From: an uncultured bacterium
GTDB lineage: Bacteria > Verrucomicrobiota > Kiritimatiellia > RFP12 > CAIWXQ01
DNA: 51,451 bases
Assembly: GCA_903861045.1 (NCBI GenBank)
Contig: CAIOST010000339.1
Span: 1-51,451 of the forward strand
Reading direction: 5' to 3'
The stretch's first letter is position 1. The number at the start of each line of letters is the position of its first letter. Below the pieces are notes generated by a model. It searched no databases, was not told where the DNA came from, and worked only from the letters and a program-made list of their open reading frames with translations. Shown here piece by piece: positions 44,548-51,451 of the stretch. A program made the position numbers and the translations under genes.

Positions 44548-45606
44548 ATGAGTACATCAGCCCCCGCCACCAGCAGCCCCCCCCCCGCGGACACCACCGG
44601 CAAGAGCCTCTGGCGGATCCGGACCGAAAAAGGCGAAGTTTTTGGCCCGTCCGACCTGGCCACCCTGAAGGTCTGGGCACAGGATGGCCGCCTGGCCCCC
44701 ACGCACCAGATCAGCGATGATGAACGAACCTGGATGAGCGTGACCACCCTACCAGACCTGGAGATGGACTGGGTGGCGGAAGTCATGACCGGTTCGTTTT
44801 ATGGTCCTATCCATAAAAGTGCCATGGTGGAACTGGTGCGGGAAGGGTCCATCCGCGCCACGGCACCGCTCTTTCAACGCAGCACGCCATCTGGACGCGC
44901 CCCGTCGGAACACGAACATCAATTGGAAAATCGCGTCCGGGAGCTGCAACAGGAAACGGCCCGCCGCGGCGCGGCGGCCGATGCGCTGCTGGCCGTGACC
45001 CGTGGCGAACTGGAGCAAGCACGCGCCGCCTTGCGGGCGCGGGATCTGGAATTCGATGCCGAGCGCCAAGAACATAAGGGGGCTCTGGCACGCATCCAAG
45101 CGGAACTGCTGAAGCGCGATAGCCGTATCAACTCTCTGGAAACCGACGCACAGCGACTGGAGCAACTCGCCCGGGAGCGGGGGATCTTGGAAACCCGACT
45201 GGCGGATGCCGAGCGTCAAACCTCCGATCACAACCGGCTGGTAAGCCAGCAGCGCGAAGAGGTGGAACAAGCACGGGCCCTGCAACGCGAAGCCGACCGG
45301 CATGCCAACCTGCTAAAGGATCGACTGTCTGGCCACGAACGCGAAACGGAGGCTTTGCGGGAGGCCACACGCGCGCTCCAACTGCGCTTAGGTTCCGTAC
45401 GCAAACTCTTACAGCAAGCCAGCTGTTCCCTGGGAACGCAGGACGAAACCACGGACGCGGTAGTGATCGAATCCCCCCCCCGGCCGGCGACCTCGCGGCG
45501 CGCCATGGCCCGCCCCCGCTGGCCACCCCTGCCGGCGGGGCCGTCAAGCCCGGCATGTCGTTGGCGGACCTCGAGGCGCAAGCCCAGCGGGAACTGCGGC
45601 AACTGA
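44548..45606 (+). CDS. Protein with two N-terminal DUF4339 (GYF-like) domains followed by a long coiled coil
   Basis: WRIRTEKGEVFGPSDLATLKVWAQDGRLAPTHQISDDERTWMSV and SFYGPIHKSAMVELVREGSIRATAPLFQRS, then heptad-rich ELQQETARRGAAADALL... Confidence 0.55.
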   Translation: MSTSAPATSSPPPADTTGKSLWRIRTEKGEVFGPSDLATLKVWAQDGRLAPTHQISDDERTWMSVTTLPDLEMDWVAEVMTGSFYGPIHKSAMVELVREGSIRATAPLFQRSTPSGRAPSEHEHQLENRVRELQQETARRGAAADALLAVTRGELEQARAALRARDLEFDAERQEHKGALARIQAELLKRDSRINSLETDAQRLEQLARERGILETRLADAERQTSDHNRLVSQQREEVEQARALQREADRHANLLKDRLSGHERETEALREATRALQLRLGSVRKLLQQASCSLGTQDETTDAVVIESPPRPATSRRAMARPRWPPLPAGPSSPACRWRTSRRKPSGNCGN

Positions 45607-45646
45607 ACCACAAGGGCGGCTCATTATTCAAAGGTCGGTCCAAGAG

Positions 45647-47581
45647 TTGATCGCCACGGCAAGGACACTGGGTATGGCGCACGAAAAAAGCGATGCGAAT
45701 CAATGGTTCCTGCGGATTGCAGGCGGCGCGGTCTTTGGCCCTGTTTCCGCCAAAGGGCTCCTGGTCTGGGCGGAACAAGGGCGTGTGGTACCCGGCAATG
45801 AAGTGTCGCCTGACCGGGAGAACTGGCTGCCCGCCGAACAACTCGCAGAACTCGAGATGCATTGGTATGTCAAGGCGGGTACCAAAACAGAAGGCCCTTT
45901 CAACCGCGTGGCCGCCGAAAGCTTCCTGAAAAGCAACAAGGCACCGGCCGGTGCCCGGCTGATCCACAGCCAGGACGTCGCCGCGGCACTGCCGGCCCGT
46001 CGCACCCCGGCCACCACCCGCACCGAACCGGAACCAACCGTCACGCCGCCCGCTCCACCACCCGAACGCAAAGCCAGCGCCACCATTCGTCACGCCGTAC
46101 CGCCCGCCACCGATGCAAAACCCGCACCAGACGCACGTGACCACCACTTCGCCGAGTTGCCGATGTCTAGCGAGCAAACACTCGAAGCCACCACGCCGGC
46201 CGGCCAAACCGCCGTGAGCCAGGGCGCCTTGGAAGCGGAGCGCGACGAACTGCGCCGGCAACTGCAAGAGCTGCAAGCCCAACTCGAAAATGTACGCGCC
46301 AATGCGGACAAAGACGCCCTGAAGCGTGACCGCAAACTGGAGGCACTAAAACAGGATCTGCTCCGGTTACAACAGGAGCAGGAGCAAGCCCGCACCGTGC
46401 TCGAACTCGATTCAGCGCACGCACACGCCACCGTGCAAACGGAAATGGCAGAGCTGCGTGCGGCGACCGCCCAACAAAGCCGTCAGATCGCGGAACTCAC
46501 CGAACAGACCGCCTCCCTCGGCCGCGAACGGAACCTGCTTAGCGAGGAGTGCCAGACCCTGCAGCAACAGCTCAGCAGCGCCATGCGCGCCGCCGCTGAC
46601 GCCGCAAACGAAACCAGCAACGGCGAGCTGCGCCGCCGCAGCGAACAACTCGATGCCGTAGTGGCCGGCTTACGCACAGAACTCGCACAGGCCGATCAGG
46701 CCCTGTCGGCGGAGCGCGCCGCCCTGGCAGAGTTGCTAGCGGCCTCCAACGACCGCGACATTGCCAGCCGACAGCGCCTCCAGGAACTGGAAGCGGCACT
46801 GGCGGCACAAGCCGCCCACACGCCCGCCGCACCAGACGCCGCGCCGGACGCCAAGCTGGTCACGGAACTGGCCGCCGCGCGCGCACGCATCGCCGAACTG
46901 CAAGCCCGCCTCACGCGCCAACCGGAATCGCCACCGGTACAAACTCCGGATGCTGACTGTTGGCTGCGGCAATTTGCCACCGATGAACTGACCACACTCG
47001 ACAAGGCGCTGCTGGCCGAACGCCAATCATTTCACGATTTCCGTGAAGTGAGCAGCGCCCGGCAGGAAGCCATCCAAGCTCGCATGCAGACCGTGCAACA
47101 GCTGCTGGTCGGCCACGCCACCGATCCCCGCCGTACCAGTAGTGGCGGCAAACTGCGCGGCACCACCCTGGACGCCACCCGACTGCAGCTCGAGATGGAG
47201 GACATACGCGCCACCCAACAGCGCGAGTCGAAACAGTTTGAAGAGCGGGAGCAGGAGCTCCTGCGCCGCATCCGGGTGCTGGAAACCGAAGAAGCCCGGC
47301 TGCGCGCGCTGATGGAGGCCACCGATATGAAGGGCGACCAGCGCATCGAACTCATGGAAACGATCCGGCGGCGGGAACAGGAACTCGCGCAGGAACGACG
47401 CCACCGCGACCAGGATCGCGAGCAATTCCAGTCCGCCCAACAAGCGCTGCTGCGACGCATCGAAGTCCTCGAGCGCGGTGCCGGCGGCGCCGCCCCGGAT
47501 GCGCCCGAGGACCAACCCAGCGCGCCCGGCCACCCCGGCAAACCGCGTCGTCTGGCCAGTTTCGGCCGTTGGCTCCAATAA
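45647..47581 (+). CDS. Paralogous DUF4339x2 + very long coiled-coil protein (644 aa; start possibly at Met 45674)
   Basis: WFLRIAGGAVFGPVSAKGLLVWAEQGRVVPGNEVSPDRENWLPAEQL and HWYVKAGTKTEGPFNRVAAESFLK, then ~450 aa of Q/E/A/L/R-rich heptads. Antisense ORFs over it are rejected. Confidence 0.55.
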   Translation: MIATARTLGMAHEKSDANQWFLRIAGGAVFGPVSAKGLLVWAEQGRVVPGNEVSPDRENWLPAEQLAELEMHWYVKAGTKTEGPFNRVAAESFLKSNKAPAGARLIHSQDVAAALPARRTPATTRTEPEPTVTPPAPPPERKASATIRHAVPPATDAKPAPDARDHHFAELPMSSEQTLEATTPAGQTAVSQGALEAERDELRRQLQELQAQLENVRANADKDALKRDRKLEALKQDLLRLQQEQEQARTVLELDSAHAHATVQTEMAELRAATAQQSRQIAELTEQTASLGRERNLLSEECQTLQQQLSSAMRAAADAANETSNGELRRRSEQLDAVVAGLRTELAQADQALSAERAALAELLAASNDRDIASRQRLQELEAALAAQAAHTPAAPDAAPDAKLVTELAAARARIAELQARLTRQPESPPVQTPDADCWLRQFATDELTTLDKALLAERQSFHDFREVSSARQEAIQARMQTVQQLLVGHATDPRRTSSGGKLRGTTLDATRLQLEMEDIRATQQRESKQFEEREQELLRRIRVLETEEARLRALMEATDMKGDQRIELMETIRRREQELAQERRHRDQDREQFQSAQQALLRRIEVLERGAGGAAPDAPEDQPSAPGHPGKPRRLASFGRWLQ

Positions 47582-47838
47582 TAAGGAATTTTCTCAAAAC
47601 GCCGCCGCACGGAGCGCGCCGCGCCCCGAGGGCTATCGATATCCCTCAATAAATATATGGCAAATCGAGTCCCTTCCGCACGCCTACCGTGGCGCGCACT
47701 CACCGTCGATGCTGCCTGCCGGCGCAAGCGGGACAAACGTTAACTCTTGCCAACCGGCCGAGCAAACGCTATCCTAATTACATCATGTTAATGGCATTGA
47801 TAGCAATGTAGATTCCAAATTCAGCAAAAGGTGCAACA

Positions 47839-48984
47839 ATGAGTCGTAAAGTTCGGATGGCAATGGTTGGCGGCGGCAAGGAATCTTTTATTGGCCCGTT
47901 TCATCGCATGGCGGCGCACATGACCGGGCGCGTTGAGCTCGTCTGCGGTGCCTTTGGCAATACACGCCACCGTTCCTTTGAAGGTGGGGAAGACCTCTTT
48001 CTCGGCCGCGACCGCGTGTACGGCGCCTATCGCGACATGCTGCGCAAGGAAGCCTCCCTGCCAGCCGACAGCCGGCCCGACTTTGTAGCCATCACCGCCC
48101 CCAACAACCTGCACTATCCGGTGGCGATGGCGGCCTTGGATGCCGGCTTTCATGTACTATGCGAAAAACCACTGACCACCAATATGGATGAAGTGCTGAA
48201 TTTGCAGCGCAAAGTGGAGGACAAGAAGCTGCTGGTCGGCTTGGCGCACTCCTATACCGGCTACCCGATGGTCCGCGAAGCGCAAAAACTGATCCGCGAA
48301 GGGCGGGTAGGCACCATCCGACGCGTCGTGATCGAATGCCCACAAGGATGGCTGGCCACCCGGCTGGAAACCGCTGGCAACCGCCAAGCCAGTTGGCGGG
48401 CCGATCCACGCCGCTGCGGTCCTAGTGGCTGCATGGCCGATGTCGGCTCGCACGGCGCCTATCTGGCGGAACTGTTCACCGGCCAAGCGATCACCGAGGT
48501 CAGTGCCGACATCCGTGGCTGCGTCGCCGGCCGCCAGGTAGACGATGATGGTGCCGTGCTCTTCAGGCTCGCCAACGGCGCGCAAGGCGTGCTCTGGGCC
48601 AGCCAGGTGGCCGTGGGCGAGACCGGTGGCACCCGCATCCGCATCTTCGGGGATAAGGGTGGCCTGCTCTGGGAGCTCGAAAATCCCAACACCCTGACCA
48701 TCCACAGCGTAACCGGCTCCTCGGAAGTTCGCCATTCCGGTTTCCCACTCTCGCCGCAGACCGCCACCCCGCCCGCGGGACGTACCGAAAGCCTCTGCCA
48801 CGCTTTGGCTTACGTCTATACCCAGTTTGCTGAAAGCATCTTGGCCGAGGCGGAAAAACGCGACCACCCCCCCGCTTACCCGTCCCTGGCGGATGGCATC
48901 CGTGGCGTCGCCTTTGTGGATGCCGTCTTGCGCAATAGCCGTCAGGAGAATACCGAGAAATGGACGAAGCTGACCATCGCCTGA
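47839..48984 (+). CDS. Gfo/Idh/MocA-family NAD(P)-dependent oxidoreductase
   Basis: N-terminal Rossmann VRMAMVGGGKESFIGPFHRMAAHM, EKPLTTNMDE and the C-terminal alpha/beta domain. Confidence 0.8.
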   Translation: MSRKVRMAMVGGGKESFIGPFHRMAAHMTGRVELVCGAFGNTRHRSFEGGEDLFLGRDRVYGAYRDMLRKEASLPADSRPDFVAITAPNNLHYPVAMAALDAGFHVLCEKPLTTNMDEVLNLQRKVEDKKLLVGLAHSYTGYPMVREAQKLIREGRVGTIRRVVIECPQGWLATRLETAGNRQASWRADPRRCGPSGCMADVGSHGAYLAELFTGQAITEVSADIRGCVAGRQVDDDGAVLFRLANGAQGVLWASQVAVGETGGTRIRIFGDKGGLLWELENPNTLTIHSVTGSSEVRHSGFPLSPQTATPPAGRTESLCHALAYVYTQFAESILAEAEKRDHPPAYPSLADGIRGVAFVDAVLRNSRQENTEKWTKLTIA

Positions 48985-49340
48985 CCGCCGCGCGCGCGCG
49001 CCTCCATACGAAAACCGTGTGAAATCGACGACTTGTGGCAAGGGCGGGGCCGCCAGACCCGCCGAGTGCGGGCGCATCCCTGTCTCATTATAGGGTTGCT
49101 TTCGGTGGGCCGGAACTCCGGTTCAGGCCTTGGAATAGGCCGCAATCGGAGTTGCGGCCTACAACTTTACACCGCAAAGTCAGGGGAACAGGGATGCGCC
49201 CACCGCGTGCCATAATGCGAATTGCTGCTTGCTCCGCGCTGACGATATCGGCTACCCTACCGCAAGTATAGAATAGCTTGGTTGCAGTCGTTGGCCTAAA
49301 ACCACATGGCGCGCTGCGACAAATTGCTAAGTAATAAGGG

Positions 49341-50942
49341 GTGGCTATGTTCTCTTTTCTCGTCGGCATGGTGGCGCTGGTGGTGGCCTTGGTGGTCTTC
49401 GTAATGGGGCGGAACTTTCTTTTTTCTGCCTGGCATCGGTTGCTGCTCATCGGCTTGTGTGTGATTTTTGGTTTCACCGTGATTATCTATTCGACCTCTC
49501 TCTGGGTGAGTTCCAGCAGTGGCGGGTTGATCACCAAAAAGTTCGGCGACTCGCTGAAAGGCGGGCACATCATCGCGGTGAATGGCGAGCGCGGCGTGCA
49601 GGCGGATATCTTATCACCGGGATGGTCGTTTGCCTGGGCACCGTGGCAATACGATCTGCAATCCGTGCCGAATATCACGATCGCGGAAGGCAACGTGGGG
49701 ATTGTGACCGCCATGGATGGCCAGCCGTTGCCCGCGGGCGAAGTCTATGCGCCGGAATGGAAGAACCCCACGGAGATGATTGACGCCCGGATCTTCCTTA
49801 CCAAAGGGGGCTGCCGGGGGCCACAGTTGACCGTGCTTCCGCCGGGGCAATACCGTTTCAATCCCATGCTGTTCGACATCAAGCAGTCGCCCTGTGTAGA
49901 TATTGCCATTGGTGTAGTGGGGGTCGTGCGTGCGAATGCCGGGCTGGTCTACGCGGAAACCGGGACGGCCGCCGTGGTGGTTAATGGCATTCCCTTGGTG
50001 CCGAAAGGGTATAAGGGCATCTGGGACGAACCGCTAATGCCTGGCAAGTACTACCTGCACCCCAATGCCTACCAAGTCGTTAAGAAAAAAACCACCAAGC
50101 GCATGTATTCGTACACCGGTAAGACGCAGGAAAGCCAGTCCAGCGCCGACCGGCCACATGCGGACTCCTCGATCCCCACGCGCAGTTCGGATGGCTTTTC
50201 CATCCCCGTGGATGTGCGCGTGACGACCTGTGTAAAGGCCGAGCATGCGCCGTACGTGGTGGCACGCTTCGCCGACCCGGATGCGGTCTCAGCGGACGGC
50301 TACGAGACCCTGGAAACCTTGGCCATCCTCCCCTCCATTCGCGCGCTGCTGCGCAATGCCGCCCAGAACGAAGGCGCCCTTCAATTTGTGCAGAAACGCT
50401 CGGTGGTCGAACAGGATGCCTTCGAGAAGTTTAAAGTTGATATGGCCAAGGACAAAATCGAGGTGGAGGCGGTTTATCTGGCCGATATCCGTCTGGATGC
50501 CACGCCGGAGGGGCAGGCGTTGCTGAAGACGCAGACCGATAAGCAGATCGCTGATCAGCAACAGCAAATGTATCAGCAGCAGGTCAAGGCGGAAACGGAA
50601 CGGGCCCAACAGGTGAAAGCCATGGCGGCCGCCGATCAGCAGAAACGGATTCAGGAGTCGCTGGCTTCCATCGAATACGAGAAGAACAACGCCGAGGCGG
50701 CCAAGAACAAAGCGGTGGGTGAGGCCGCGGCCTATGAAGCCAAGGTGAAGGCCCTGGGGGGCGTGGAAAACTTCACCAAGCTGGAGATCGCTAAGCTGTG
50801 CACGGAGGCCTTCGGCAAAGGGTGGAAGGGACTGCTCCCGGAAGTGTTGGTGACCGGCGGCGGGACAGAGGGCAGCAATTTGTTGAGCGCCTTCTTCGCG
50901 CAGCAGTTGGCTAAGACGGCCAAACAGCCGGCTGCGCCATAG
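49341..50942 (+). CDS. Flotillin-like SPFH/Band-7 protein
   Basis: N-terminal TM segments, SPFH core and a C-terminal Ala/Glu/Lys/Gln-rich coiled coil (EAAKNKAVGEAAAYEAKVKALGG). Confidence 0.75.
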   Translation: MAMFSFLVGMVALVVALVVFVMGRNFLFSAWHRLLLIGLCVIFGFTVIIYSTSLWVSSSSGGLITKKFGDSLKGGHIIAVNGERGVQADILSPGWSFAWAPWQYDLQSVPNITIAEGNVGIVTAMDGQPLPAGEVYAPEWKNPTEMIDARIFLTKGGCRGPQLTVLPPGQYRFNPMLFDIKQSPCVDIAIGVVGVVRANAGLVYAETGTAAVVVNGIPLVPKGYKGIWDEPLMPGKYYLHPNAYQVVKKKTTKRMYSYTGKTQESQSSADRPHADSSIPTRSSDGFSIPVDVRVTTCVKAEHAPYVVARFADPDAVSADGYETLETLAILPSIRALLRNAAQNEGALQFVQKRSVVEQDAFEKFKVDMAKDKIEVEAVYLADIRLDATPEGQALLKTQTDKQIADQQQQMYQQQVKAETERAQQVKAMAAADQQKRIQESLASIEYEKNNAEAAKNKAVGEAAAYEAKVKALGGVENFTKLEIAKLCTEAFGKGWKGLLPEVLVTGGGTEGSNLLSAFFAQQLAKTAKQPAAP

Positions 50943-50972
50943 CGCCGGCTCACACACGCAAAGGAGCACGAT

Positions 50973-51257
50973 ATGAGCGAAATCTTTCCAGTTTTGATTG
51001 TCGGGCTGGTGCTGCTGGCGATCGTCGTGGCGGTCATGGCCAAAATGCAGCTCAACAAAAAAGCCGTCGTCAAGCCGATGGATCAAGAAGATCTGGTGGA
51101 GCGCATCAAGATGCGACTGACCGCCGACTTAGCCCGGGCCCTCGCCCGGCAGTTAGCGGAAGCCAGCGACACCGCGCTGCAAGCGCACCAGCCCGTGGTG
51201 GTCGATATTTACGAACCCAAGACGGATCGCCTGCTGCGGTTTGAAGTCGAAGCGTAA
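50973..51257 (+). CDS. Small membrane protein (94 aa) co-transcribed with the flotillin gene
   Basis: N-terminal TM IFPVLIVGLVLLAIVVAVMA. An RBS-like aaaggagcacgat lies upstream. No recognisable family. Confidence 0.4.
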   Translation: MSEIFPVLIVGLVLLAIVVAVMAKMQLNKKAVVKPMDQEDLVERIKMRLTADLARALARQLAEASDTALQAHQPVVVDIYEPKTDRLLRFEVEA

Positions 51258-51285
51258 GCGCTGTGAGCCGCGCCCCTACGTCTCT

Positions 51286-51320
51286 AAAGACCATGCGGAA
51301 TGGGGGCATGGTCTTTTCCT
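51286..51320 (+). terminator. Rho-independent terminator after the flotillin operon
   Basis: aaagaccatgc-ggaatgggg-gcatggtcttt followed by tcct. 10-bp stem. Confidence 0.5.
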
Positions 51321-51451
51321 GAAGCGCCACCTAACGCAGGCTGGCTGTAGTAAGGGCTTTGTGGTAACCGCAGAAGCCGCTGTTGTGTATGCTATAAATG
51401 GAGAGGTTTTGGTTGGCAGAGGGTTTGGACATGGGCAGGATCGGTGCAGAC

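Noticed and set aside
45128-46282. 384-aa minus-strand ORF and other long minus ORFs (46090..46431, 47032..47736)
   Set aside because: Antisense to the coiled-coil DUF4339 gene. Low-complexity Arg/Ala/Ser-rich. No start context.

Overview
High-GC (~65%) bacterial chromosomal window, densely coding. Nearly all tabulated ORFs that lie antisense to the long genes are GC-driven artefacts. Left third (about 0.7-13.8 kb) is an accessory segment. A translationally coupled seven-gene minus-strand operon hsdM-hsdS-[HEPN-like 619 aa]-[DUF4062-like]-[COG2865 Schlafen/AlbA_2-like ATPase-wHTH]-hsdR-ygjP(M48/DUF45) is bracketed by an imperfect ~230-bp direct duplication of the 3' end of mfd, which includes a perfect 54-bp core. 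This is the signature of an R-M unit inserted with long target duplication. The three genes wedged between hsdS and hsdR are the best candidate for a previously undescribed R-M-embedded defence or abortive-infection module. The remainder is housekeeping. It contains mfd, an L,D-transpeptidase and a class II aldolase. It also contains a complete V/A-type ATPase operon (G-C-I-K-F-E-A-B-D) and a TPR-protein-associated TRAP transporter (TatT-like lipoprotein + DctP + fused DctQM). Further genes are tatA, smpB, an rpoZ-like gene and an unusual tgt-mnmC(N-terminal methyltransferase domain) fusion. Also present are a long lepB, lepA, rpe, tRNA-Lys(UUU), opgG-orf-opgH, a TerB-like protein, two tandem paralogous DUF4339(GYF-like)-coiled-coil proteins, a Gfo/Idh/MocA oxidoreductase and a flotillin-like SPFH protein. 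Short repeat families occur at 30-420 and as a 45-bp intergenic element at 18076 and at the right edge of the window. No CRISPR array, rRNA, transposase or integrase is visible.
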